From Balamuthia mandrillaris (taxonomy: Eukaryota), in NCBI GenBank assembly GCA_031835245.2, contig JAVKOQ020000116.1, positions 124,001 through 163,019 of the forward strand: DNA of 39,019 nucleotides. Reading direction: 5' to 3'. Of this stretch, positions 11,101 to 22,293 are shown one piece after another. The notes beneath the pieces are model-generated. The model was not told the DNA's origin. It worked only from the letters and a program-made list of their open reading frames with translations, and did not search any database. A program made the translations under genes and the position numbers. The stretch's first letter is position 1. Each line of letters opens with the position of its first letter.

Positions 11101-11190
11101 TGAGAGTAAGAGAAGTAAAAGTACACTATGTATGTACAATGCTTACTTTTTATGTATAGATTGGTGTTGCTCTCAGAGCAAATAAACTTC
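11101..11190 (+). mobile_element. LINE 3'-end fragment
   Basis: GAGAGTAAGAGAAG...CTCAGAGCAAATAAACTTCTT, the same as the 3' ends at 19890-19985 and 22050-22140. Confidence 0.85.
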
Positions 11191-11194
11191 TTGA

Positions 11195-11332
11195 AGTTGG
11201 ATCCGCTGTTGTCCAAATCAGGAGCATAGCCTTGCTGGAAACAATGTATCCAACCAGATGGAGCCGTGAGAAGCCAAAATGACACTTTTGTCTGCCTTTG
11301 CTGTGATCATAACTGTTGATGTGGTCTTTGCC
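11195..11332 (-). mobile_element. Scrap of Ty3/gypsy reverse transcriptase C-terminus
   Basis: Minus strand reads KCHFGFSRLHLVGYIVS, then a frameshift to QQGYAPDLD, matching the KCxF...LGxxVS..G..PD motif of gypsy RT. Confidence 0.6.
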
Positions 11333-14300
11333 AGCTTTCTGACTTGTTCTTTATCTCCATTGTCCACACTCCAGATTCTAATGTGATCTTCCCAAAGATT
11401 TGGAAGTGTTCTGCTGTTTCCTCCTCAGAATTGTATGCAGGGCACCTACTGTCCTCCTCAGACTGTGGAATGGCTCTCCACTTTTTTCCAATGGGCAGTC
11501 CACTATAATGAATAGCATTCATCAAACATTCTTTTCTTGGTTTGGTAATCACTAAGCTCTGTTGTTGTCCAACCAAACATCTTCCATTTGTCAAGAAATT
11601 ATGCCATAGCCATGCTCTTGTTCCTCTTTCTTCTTCAGCTGCATACTCGAGTTAAGGCCCTCGTCCTCATGACTTTCTTTTCAACATCACTTGTCCCTTC
11701 ACCTCCCTCACCTTCTTTCTTCTCACCTTCCTCTTCTCTTGCTTGGCTTATCTCTTCAAGTGCCTCAAAGTGGCCATCTTGCCTCTCAGCATGACGAATT
11801 ACTGCTTGTCTTTCCAACTCACAGTAGGCCATGATGGTCAGCCAGCCCAATTGTGCTCTACAAACCCCTGCCACAGTCCTTCAATGAACTTGCAATACAC
11901 TTCTTGCTGTCTCATTCCACACAGCTTCGATCTTCTTCAACCATGTTTTGACTTGACAATAGCCTCTGCAGCAATCTGGGCAGTGCGTGTACCAAGGCCT
12001 TGAGCAATGGCTCCCTGCTGCCTAAGGCTATAGAGGGCTTGCTTGGCCTTGGTTATCCTCTCCTTGGCATGAGTTGTCCATTCCTCACTTTCTTCAAACC
12101 ATCCCTCATACTCAGTATTTGCCAAAGACTTACAGTCCCAGGTACTTGGCCTCCTTCACACGTTTCACAGCCTCTTCCTTAAGTCTGAAAGTGAAGTTTT
12201 CTTTCCTTGTACTACCACTGAATTCTTTGCATTGAACTAAAGTCCCAGAGCATTCACTGCCTTCACTGCCACATTCAATCTTCTTTGGAGCTCAAAAGGA
12301 TTGCTGGCCATCACTGCAAAATCATGTGTGTCAAACACAAGAAACAACAAGCAAACATTCCTTGGTTAATCTCCTCTTTTCTTCTCCTCTGCCTCTTGTA
12401 GCTATCTTGCCACCACATCAATGTACACATTGAATAAGAAGAGAGACAAAACTCATCCTTGCTTAACTCTTCTTTCTACTAGAAATTCCTCAGAGAGCTG
12501 CCTGTTCATATGAATGACACTCATTATAATACCACAGTACCACTCTGCAATGATACCCACTGCTGCCTCTTCCACCCCTCTTTTGCGCAATGGCCTTGCC
12601 AGTATATCATGGTCAAGCATGTTATATGCCTTGCTGATATCCAACAGAGCAAAAAAGGTACGTTCTTTGCTTCTCTTCACTAGGCATTTCTTCAATCACC
12701 ACACGTGATCCATGACTCTCCTTCCTTTTCTAAATCCGCCCTGGCAATTACTTATCCACCCTTGCTCTCTTGCTTGTATGTTCAACTGCACCAAGATAGC
12801 TCCCTTAAACACCTTGGCTGCATTGCATAAGAGAGTAGTAGTAGTAGTAATAAGAAGTTTATTTGCTCTGAGAGCAACACCAATCTATACATAAAAAGTA
12901 AGCATTGTACATACATAGTGTATGCATAAGAGAGTAATTTCTCTATAGTTTGCTATATTCTGGGTATTACCTGCCTTATAGAAGGGGATAATTACCCCCT
13001 GTTTTCATTCCTTGGAGAATACGCCTTGGTTTTCAATGGCCTTGGTCAGCCTCCAAGTTGCATTTTGCACATGTTTACCTCCATACTTCATCATTTCCTC
13101 ATCAATATTGTCTACACCAGGTGCCTTGCCCACCCTCAATCTTTTCCTTTATGCAAGATTAAAGCTTTCCTTCTTAAGCCAGTTATTGCCAGACCAAGAC
13201 GGTCCTTCTGGACCTGCTTCCTCTTGATGCAAGCTCCCAATGGAAGAATCCTTTCTTTCCAGCTTTGCCCAATGTTTCTTGAAGGCAGCCATGCTATACT
13301 GGTGCTCAATAACTGCTTTGGGCTTTGCTCTACGCTTTTCCACTATCCTCTACAAGTTGCCAATTCACTTCCGCATTTCCTTGATGTTCTCTTGTCTTCT
13401 TTTCTGAAATTCAGTCCCATTTGTTGGCTCTTCACAACTTCACAAACCTTTTACTGAGTTCCACAAATTCCTCTCTGGCCTTACCATCATTCTATCCTTC
13501 TCTTAGCCACTGAGCATGATGGGCATTTACTACCTGCTTGTTCAAGGATGTTAACTCTGCCATTCACCACAGCTTCCTTGCCAGTTGTTGCTCTTACCAG
13601 TCTCCTTTCTCTACCAAACCATCTCATTGGACAATCCCACAATCCTTTTTTCCACTTGCTCCAAAGATATTCTACATCAGCTGCTCCCTCCTGCGTTTTC
13701 CTGACCAGGGCCTTCCATCTCTTTCCTTTGAAAAAACCTCTTGTGATCTTCCTCTAAGTAGGACTTCCATTTCCATCCAAACCCCATCACAATTATCTGC
13801 TGAATCCTTTAACTGGACTACCAGTGGCCGATGATTAGTCCATGCTTGCCACTCATCACCAATTACCTTGCCCATCCATCTCCTTGCTACCACATAGTCC
13901 ACAGTACTCTCCATGTAAATACTGGTGTTACCTCTTCAAGCTGAGGCAACAAGAGGGCCAGCCTTTTGAAAGACTCCACCAACACCTTTTCTCTCACATT
14001 GTGAGTAGATTCGCCTCTACCATTCCAGTCCTTTCTAATCCTGGCATTCCAATCTCCTCCAATAACCTGCACCACCCCTTCCTTAGCCACTCCTCCCTGA
14101 AGTAGCCCCTCTACCAGTCCATTGATACCCCTCCAAGCGAGGGGCAACCATCCTCCTATGATCACACAATCTAATAAAGTCAAATTGCTTACTGTCAGCC
14201 CAACAGCTGATCAATCCCTCTTGCTTCCAGCCCCTAGAGTTGACAAACACTACTGAAGTCATTGGGTCTCCTTCTCTTCTCTATCCACAATGTCAGACCA

Positions 14301-14950
14301 GTTGGCAGCACCATGATACTCCTCCTCAGCCAGCACAATGCCAGAGAGTTCCAAGGAGCTGTCCAAAGCCACTGTTCCAATATTTTCCACCTTTTCCTTC
14401 CTCTTCTCCATATTTCTTTAATTCAGGCTTTGCCCACCCACCAGTGGATGAAAACATACAGCCTGGCTCTTTCTGCAATAATGTCTTCAGCAGCCTGGGC
14501 CATCTCCAAAGTAACTCCCCAATGCTGCGTGCTGTTCTTTTTTCCTACTTTCCACACTTCAATGTGCTTGAGCTCCAGCTCGAAGATCCTCTCACATACC
14601 TTTCCTTCTTAAGGTCCTTACCACTCATCACAATCGATCTGCCCTCCATAGCCCCTACCTTGGAGTAGGGAATGGCAAAGCCATACTTTGGTTTTACTGT
14701 ATCCTTGGTTAATGTCCTCCTGTATATGTTGGAGTTATCCTACCAACATATCTCTTGTTTCTTTGCCATTTCTTCCAAGCTTGGTGTGCTAGCTGTAGTT
14801 CCAGTTGGAGGGAAATTCCTTTCCACAGTAATCTTATCACCATGGAGCTGATCTGACCTTGATATATGACTTTTGGGAACCTGGAGACTGCCTTTGGTAC
14901 ATAAGATTATTGATCTCCTGGTCAAGAGATACAATCAGGTCCCTGAATTA
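11333..14950 (-). mobile_element. Long degenerate non-LTR retrotransposon (APE endonuclease - RT - C-terminal Cys/His finger)
   Basis: VIGGDWNAR and STVDYVVA (APE); FFALLDISKAYNMLDH, VKQG, LFLFNVYID (RT); CPAYNSEEETAEHF. Many stops and frameshifts. Confidence 0.88.
12838..12922 (-). mobile_element. 85-bp 5'-truncated LINE copy inserted in the RT of its own family, 14-bp TSD
   Basis: TGCATAAGAGAGTA at 12824-12837 and 12923-12936 flanks the family 3' end with its (GTA)n tail. Confidence 0.92.
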
Positions 14951-16063
14951 TAGTAGTAGTAATAAAAAGTTTATTTGCTCTGAGAGCAACACCAATCTAT
15001 ACATAAAAAGTAAGCCTTGTACATACATAGTGTACTCTTACTTTTCTTACTCCCTCATCCTCAATGCCTTCCCAATTGTTACTCAATTCACAAGTGAAAG
15101 GTGTTGAATGAGATTTCAGACCAACTTTGTATCATCTAGCTATCCTTTTCTTTCCCTTTCCTTTTTCCTCTTTTCCTTGCTTACATTACTTCCAAAGACT
15201 GATAAAATGCAGAAGAACTTCCATGCTTCCAACTTGCTCTTGCTGCCCATAATCTCCAGACTCGTTTACAACTTTGCTTACATTGTTCCATCTCTTGAGC
15301 TCTGTTACATTTCTTTCCACTTGACAGGAGCTTTGTTGTACAGTCTTCAATAATCAGCTTTCTGACTTGTTCTTCACTTCCATTGTCCACACTCCAGATT
15401 CTAAAGCGATCTTCCCAAAGGTTAGGACACCTTAACAGGAAGTGTTCTGCTGTTTCTTCCTCAGCATCACATGCAGGGCACTTGCTATCCACCTCAGACT
15501 GCTGAATGGATCCCCACTTTTTTCCAATAGGCAGTCCACCACAGCGAATAGCATTCATCAAACGTTCTTTCCTTGGGTTGGTAATCACTAAGCTCCGTTG
15601 TTGTCCAACCAAACATCTTCCATTTGTCAAGAAGTTATGCCATAGCCATGCTCTTGTTCCTCTTTCTCCTTCAGCTGCATACTCCATCTTGGCTACTCGA
15701 GTTAAGGCCCTCATCCTCTTGGCTTTCTTTTCAACAACTGTCGTTCCGTCACCTCCCTCACCTTCATTCTTCTCCCCTTCCTCTTCACTTGCTTGGCTTA
15801 CCTCTTCAAGTAGCTCAAAGTGGCCATCTTGCCTCTCAGCATGATGAATTACTGCTTGTCTTTCCAACTCACAGTAGGCCTTGATGGTCAACCAGCCCAA
15901 TTCTGCTCTACAAACCCCCGCCACAGTCCTTCGATGAACTTGCAATACACTTCTTGCTGTCTCATTCCACACTGCTTCGATCTTCTTCCACCATGATTTG
16001 GAAAGCTCTGTCATACATAATCCATATGACAAGGTAGACTTGACAATAGCCTCTGCAGCAATC
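14951..16063 (-). mobile_element. 5'-truncated LINE copy with open C-terminal ORF (15181-16063) and (TAC)n tail
   Basis: 294-aa open frame with CPACDAEEETAEHFLLRCP; 3' UTR; tail TAGTAGTAGTAATA at 14951. No clear TSD. Confidence 0.9.
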
Positions 16064-16097
16064 ACTACAAGTGAGAGTACACCTGCCTTGGAGAGCT

Positions 16098-16314
16098 TGT
16101 TGATGGGGAATAATCCTGCAGATCAAGAAAGGGACGGCACATAAGCGACTCTGGGTTTATTCACATGAAAAAGGGGTGTGGACCAAAGTGTGTGCTTTGA
16201 ATGTGTTGCAAGGAAAAAGGGAAAATAAAAAGGGATAGGAGAATTTGGGGTATATATCCAAAGGGAGAGTGTCGACAGGAAGTCATAATGATGCGAATTG
16301 TTGGTTTTCCAACA
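16098..16314 (-). repeat. 3' LTR (217 bp)
   Basis: Direct repeat of 18690-18898 with TG...CA ends. Confidence 0.95.
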
Positions 16315-16335
16315 TCACTGCTTTCCCAAAGAGAA

Positions 16336-16749
16336 CTAATGCTGTTTGCAACGTTTCTTGGGGTACTTCTTCCCCCAGTATGTGGAGATGGGTCGCTGAG
16401 AGCCGAAGTCCTTGGCTGCAACCCAGGAGTTATCTGAGTCAGGGTATCCTTTCCATTTCATGAGATAGCAGCGGTCAGAAGGTGGGCCGTCATGGTCGAG
16501 GACCTTTTCCACTTCAAAGTGCTCATCTTCAAAAGGAGTGTCAGGATCCACAGGCTTGAGAGCACTTGGAGGAACCATGTCTGGGAGTATGTTGCCAGTG
16601 ATGTCTTGAAGGACATAAGCTCTGTTATTGGTGCAGTGGGGGATGATGAGGGGACCAAGAAATTTGGCATCACCGGTGTTTAAATAAATTACACTTTCTG
16701 GAAGGGAACTGCTGGGGCCATGAGGCACTTGCTGGTTGCGCTGGAGCAC
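16336..16749 (-). pseudogene. Integrase C-terminal GPY/F region + chromodomain
   Basis: KFLGPLII and HFEVEKVLDHDGPPSDRCYLMKWKGYPDSDNSWVAAKDF. Confidence 0.9.
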
Positions 16750-16854
16750 ATCGTGGATGCCTTCGGTGATCTTTCAAGCAGTGTCAGGAGGAGGAGGAAG
16801 CTCAACACATTTATCCTTGTTGGAAATGTTGGAGTCATCTTCCTTGAACTCTTC

Positions 16855-17331
16855 TCATTCACTAGGAAGAGGGTAATGCACAGGAAGGCTGAAAAGACCA
16901 ACCCTAGTGTGTTGTATGATGTCTCTTCTAAACAAGATCTCATGCTCGCCTTGAAGTGGTATGATGAAGAAGTGGTGATGTAGCTTATGGGAGCCACAGT
17001 TGATGCAAATGTGTGCCGCACGGCAGGTAATGCGGGTGGTGGACCTGTCGCCTAATGTGATCTCCATGTCGCCAATGTATGAGATGACCATATGGTGGTG
17101 TTCACAGGATGCTGGATGGAGGTACTTTTCCACCACTGCTGGAGTGATAAAAGAGTGGGATGCACCAGGGTCTATGAAGGCTGTGGTGTACTGACGGTTA
17201 AGGAGGATGGGAGCCGTGATGGGAGGTTCCACCTTGTCCTTGCAGTTGTCTTCTACATCATCATTGTCATCTGTGTCAAGACCTTCCTTGTGGATAGCTT
17301 CATGAGTGACTGCAAGGCTGGGATCATCCAT
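16855..17331 (-). pseudogene. Retroviral-type aspartic protease (degenerate)
   Basis: TAFIDPGASHSFI resembles the D(T/S)GA motif; EILFRRDII resembles ILGRD. Confidence 0.8.
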
Positions 17332-17409
17332 AGCAGAGTCAGAAGCGTTGCCAGGGTGAAGGAGGGAGTTAAGGTCGATGGCAGCAAGCTCTATGTTGCC
17401 TTGAGTCTC

Positions 17410-18641
17410 CTAGGCATGGCAGACTGCTTTCATGAACTCCTGCTTTGTGGTGACGTCCAGTGCATTGATAGACGGTTGGTTAGTGCCAGAAGGAGGTGAA
17501 GCCGGTGAAGGAGATGGTGATGAAGGAGATGATGGTGTTGAAGCCGGTTGCTGAGATGATGATGTCTGCACTTGGCTAGAGTTGAGTGCTGCAGGCTGAC
17601 GAGGTTTACACTGATGACCAGGCTGCCAGGGTGATGAGCACTTACGGCAGGTGTATTTGTTGTTGGATGGAGGATGTCCTGATGATGAGAAAGAAGATGA
17701 GGAGGACCCGTAATTGTTGCCATTCTGGCGTTGGTCGGTGTTGGCTTTGCTAGGCGTCTGGGTGCTGTCTTTCATCTGTTTAATCTGTTTACATTCAGCT
17801 GCTGAATGTCTGGATGTTGGGTGTAGAGGACAGCTGATACTAGAGGGAGTCTTGTGTGCGTAAAGATTAGCTTCGATGCTAAGAGCTATCTGTACAGCTT
17901 GGTCATATTTCTCTGCATTCCGCAAGAGTAATGCATTGCTGACCGATTCAAGGAGGCAAGGGTTGAGGCAGCATTTCAGCACGGCTATTTTCTGGGCTTC
18001 AGATGGCTGCTCAGTCATCTGTTGAAGGATGTTGTCAATCCTCTTGATGACCTCTCTCACTGGTTCCTTGGGTCGGTGACTAAGTTTGAAGAACTCATCA
18101 TGGAGATAGGTTTGAAGTTCTGTGCTGCCGAAGTGAGTGGCGAAGAGGTCTCTAGCCTCATGCCATGACAAGCAAGGTATTACGATATTGTTTTGTACCT
18201 TGTGTGTAGTTTGCGAGGGCCATGTTCCACATGCTGGGGTGAAGGTTGACAATCTGAAGGTTGTCAGACCAGTTGGAATCTTGGAGGAAAATGAAGGAGA
18301 GTCCAGAGAGGTAGGTCATGCTGAAGGGGAGAATAACAGGCACTCTGTGAATGGTGTATCAGCCGCATGGTAGGGTGGGGTCTTTCTTTTCTGCTTGCTG
18401 TAGAGCGTGATCCAGTTCCTGGATGCGTTGCTCTGTGGAGTAGAGTTCCCATTTTGTGGTCATTAGATGGGCAAAGGTTTCATCCTTGTTGATTGGCTGG
18501 TGATTGCACAGAGGTTCAAGGAGCTCGTCCCATGTGACCTTGAGGTGTTGGATGGAGGCTTGCTCCTTTTTGATGAGAAGACAAAGTTTCGCAGGGGATA
18601 AATTGTCCCAACGTTGAGCGCCATGCTTGTTGTCGCTCATT
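17410..18641 (-). pseudogene. gag (frameshifted) with zinc knuckles
   Basis: SWHEARDLFATHF (gag-like), CPLHPTSRHSAAEC and CRKCSSPWQPGHQC. Confidence 0.8.
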
Positions 18642-18689
18642 GTGGTGAGGTTGAATCGTTCTTGCTGCAAAGAGTTCGCTTAAAAAAAA

Positions 18690-18898
18690 TGTTGATAGGG
18701 AATAACCCTGTGGATCAAGAAAGGGATAGCACATAAGCGACTGGGTTTATTCACATGAAAAAGGGGTGTGGACCAAAGTGTGTGCTTTGAATGTGTTGTG
18801 AGGAAAAAGGGAAAATAATAAGAGGTGAGAAAATTTGGGGTATCCAGGGAGAGTGTTGACAGGAAGTCATAATGACATGAATTGTTGGTTTTCCAACA
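18690..18898 (-). repeat. 5' LTR (209 bp)
   Basis: Direct repeat of 16098-16314; AATAAA on the minus strand. Confidence 0.95.
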
Positions 18899-19502
18899 AG
18901 CTTACCACACTAATGAGAAACACTGCTATTGCAACTGAACAGCTGCACCACTTGACTGTTGGTTCGCTCCTTAATGTTGTTTGCACTGACTGAGTCCGAA
19001 TTAATCTTCCTCTTGGGCACAACACTGGACCCTTTCTCTCCATGGGACGAATCCACTACCGAGTTACACTGATCCTCTGCACCTCTGTCATCCTCATCCT
19101 TTTGGTTAACCTGGGAAGGAGGAATCTTGAGTGTGATAGTGTTCAAGTGCCCATACCTTTCCATCTCCAACTTGAATGCTTCCTCCAAAAACTGATTTAG
19201 CTTGTCCCCTTTGACAAAACACTCAGGGATCTTTTTGCACAGCTTGCAAAGCGGGCTTCCATGAATGACTATCGTTTAGGGTACCCAGTCTAAGACGTTC
19301 CTTCATAGCCAGATCCACTTATCAACATAGGACCTGTTCCCTTTTCTGACTGTCAATCAATTCAGTGCTTTTGCATGACAGTTCCCTTTTGTTTGGCATT
19401 TTTTTCTGCTTGGGTTTTTATTTTTCCTACACAGTGACTCATGCTCTTCAGCCACCTCTATCTTGGGTAGGGAATGAGCAAATAGTATAGTTTGGTAATA
19501 TC

Positions 19503-20002
19503 CTCAGAGCAAATAAACTTCTTATTACTACTACTATATCTGGAGTGTGGACAATGGAAATGAAGAACAAGTCAGAAAGCTGATTATAGAGGACTGTACA
19601 ACAAAGCTCTTGTCAAGTGGAAAGAAATGCAACAGAGCTCAAGAGATGGAACAATGTAAGCAAAGTTGTAAACGAGTCTGGAGATTATGGGCAGCAAGAG
19701 CAAGTTGGAAGCATGGAAGTTCTTCTGCATTTTATCAATCTTTGGAAGTAATGTAAAAGCATGGAAAAGAGAAGAAAGGAAAGGGAAAGAAAAAGGATAG
19801 CGAGATGATACAAACAAAGTCAGTCTGAAATCTCATTCAACACCTTTCACTTGTGAACTTGAATAACAATTGGGAAGGCATTGAGGATGAGAGAGTAAGA
19901 GAAGTAAGAGTACACTATGTATGTACAATGCTTACTTTTTATGTATAGATTGGTGTTGCTCTCAGAGCAAATAAACTTCTTATTACTACTACTACTACTA
20001 TA
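19503..20002 (+). mobile_element. Two tandem LINE 3' ends (a ~35-bp stub followed by a ~460-bp copy), both with (TAC)n tails
   Basis: CTCAGAGCAAATAAACTTCTTATTACTACTACTATA at 19503-19538, then family sequence ending TACTACTACTACTACTATA at ~20002. Confidence 0.9.
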
Positions 20003-20112
20003 CAAACATCTTGAAATCACTTTCACAAAATCCAGTTGGTTGGGTTTACCTTGAAACACTGAAAATCAGACTCAGCAAAATCAAGCATAATCAATAATCC
20101 AAAACAGGTTTC

Positions 20113-20180
20113 CCCTGAATAACTGAATACTGAATTCTGAAACCCTGAATGACTGAATACTGAATTCTAAAACCCTGAAT
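20113..20180. repeat. 30-bp tandem repeat (~2.3 units)
   Basis: CCCTGAAT at 20113, 20143 and 20173, with unit CCCTGAATRACTGAATACTGAATTCTRAAA. Confidence 0.85.
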
Positions 20181-20606
20181 ATGAAGGAAAAGTGGATTCA
20201 TCTGACAAAACATTGTATGAGAAAAATATTGTTTGACAACAAAAAAAATTATAAATAATTTTTAGAAAACTCCAAAAAACTGTTTATTGTGTACTTCGAT
20301 TACATCACAATGCAAGCAGCTCTTCACACCAAACAAACAATGGTTCAACAACTTCAACTCCTTCATGACAGTGATAGAGGCCATCACCTGTCCTCACCAC
20401 TTGCAACTGCAGACATTGGAAACTCACAAGCAGACCCCTTCATCGCTGTTATTGCTACTATAGACAATCCTCCCATAGAAGCAATTGAAGTAGAAAAAGA
20501 CTGGGCTCTGAGTAAGTATGACTACATCTATGAAGGTGTGATCAATTATGATGGTGAATGTATAGATCCACAATGATAAAAAAAAGTGAAAATGAGGCCC
20601 TAGAAA

Positions 20607-20911
20607 GTGCTATGTTCAGTGCCTGGCTGTCAAACAAAGATAACAGCCTTCATGGACTCAAAACAAAAAGCTTTTATCTGTCACCTTTGTCACTTTGGAC
20701 ATATCCTTCTCATGGATGACACTTTTAACATGGCCAAGCCAGAATTTGGTGGTTTGGATATTGGCTCCATCAAGCTTCTTACTGTTATGGTGCATTTTCT
20801 TTCTTTTGTTTACATCCCAGTTTGCTTCTTTTTATCCATGGACATCTTAGGGGAAACAGTTGCTGCCGTTTTATGCCTTGTTGGCCAGGAGCCCAAACAA
20901 GAACCACTTAA
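20607..20911 (+). pseudogene. Relic of a second, unrelated MULE transposase truncated by a LINE
   Basis: CSVPGC...; HILLMDDTFNM...LLTVMV...IPVCFFL fits the MULE D1 region (xxDxT(F/Y)...P(V/L)xF). Confidence 0.65.
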
Positions 20912-22149
20912 TTGAAGCAACCGCAAAAGGAGGCCAAGTACCTGGGACTGTGGTTTGAAGAAAGTGAGGAATGGACAACTCATGCCAAGGAGAGGATAAC
21001 CAAGGCCAAGCAAGCCCTCAATAGCCTTAGGCAGCGGGGAGCCATTGCTCAAGGCCTTGGTACACGCACTGCCCAGATTACTGCAGAGGCTATTGTCAAG
21101 TCAAAACATGGTTGAAGAAGATCGAAGCTGTGTGGAATGAGACAGCAAGAAGTGTATTGCAAGTTCATTGAAGGACTGTGGCAGGGGTTTGTAGAGCACA
21201 ATTGGGCTGGCTGACCATCATGGCCTACTGTGAGTTGGAAAGACAAGCAGTAATTCGTCATGCTGAGAGGCAAGATGGCCACTTTGAGGCACTTGAAGAG
21301 ATAAGCCAAGCAAGAGAAGAGGAAGGTGAGAAGAAAGAAGGTGAGGGAGGTGAAGGGACAAGTGATGTTGAAAAGAAAGTCAAGAGGATAAGGACCCTAA
21401 CTCAAGTAGCCAAGGTGGAGTATGCAGCCGAAGGAGAAAGAGGAACAAGAGCATGGCTATGACATAATTTCTTGACAAATGGAAGATGTTTGGTTGGACA
21501 ACAACGGAGCTTAGTGATTACCAACCCAAGGAAAGAATGTTTGATGAATGCTATTTGTTGTGGTAGTCTGCCCATTGGAAAAAAGTGGAGAGCCATTCAG
21601 CAGTCTGAGGAGGACGGTAAGTGCCCTGCATGCAATGCTGAGGAGGATCAGCAGAACACTTCCTATTAAGATGTCCAAATCTTTGGGAAGATCGCTTTAG
21701 AATCTGGAGTGTGGACAATGGAAATGAAGAACAAGTCAGAAAGCTGATTATAGAAGACTGTACAACAAAGCTCCTGTCAAGTGGAAAGAAATGCAACAGA
21801 GCTCAAGAGATGGAACAATGTAAGCAAAGTTGTAAACAAGTCTGGAGATTATGGGCAGCAAGAGCAAGTTGGAAGCATGTAAGTTCTTCTGCATTTTATC
21901 AATCTTTGGAGTAATGTAAAAGTAAGGAAAGAGAAGGAAGGAAAGGGAAAAGAACAAGATAGCTAGATGGCACAAAGTTAGTCTGAAAACTCATTCAACA
22001 CCTTTCACTTGTGAACTTGAATAACAAGTAAGAAGGCATTGAGGATGAGGGAGTAAGAGAAGTAAGTGTACACTATGTATGTATGATGCTTACTTTTTAT
22101 GTATAGAGTGGTGTTGTTCTCTCAGCAAATAAACTTCTAATTACTACTA
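20912..22149 (+). mobile_element. 5'-truncated LINE copy with TAC tail
   Basis: AKYLGLWF, CPACNAEE, 3' UTR and AATAAACTTCTAATTACTACT; inverted near-copy of 11333-12170. Confidence 0.9.
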
Positions 22150-22293
22150 GAAACACCCTGATTACCCCTAGTTACTTTTCATGACGACATGAAGTTCTCA
22201 GCTGAATAAATTTTCAGACACTCGGCGAACAGTTTTGGATTATCGATTAAACTTAACCATAGAAATTTTGGGAGGAGGAAAGAGAGGAGAAAG

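Larger units (their letters stand above)
16098..18898 (-). mobile_element. Internally deleted chromodomain Ty3/gypsy (chromovirus / Skipper-like) LTR retrotransposon
   Basis: Two LTRs TGTTG...CAACA; 4-bp TSD AGCT at 16094-16097 and 18899-18902. gag, protease and chromodomain are present; RT, RNase H and the integrase core are missing. Confidence 0.93.

Noticed and set aside
12104..12134. 31-nt insertion containing GTAAGT in the long LINE as a possible intron
   Set aside because: The boundaries relative to the 20912 copy do not give a clean GT-AG excision.
14935..16075. TSD for the LINE copy at 14951-16063
   Set aside because: The only match (CAATCA) overlaps LINE sequence itself and is not adjacent to the tail.
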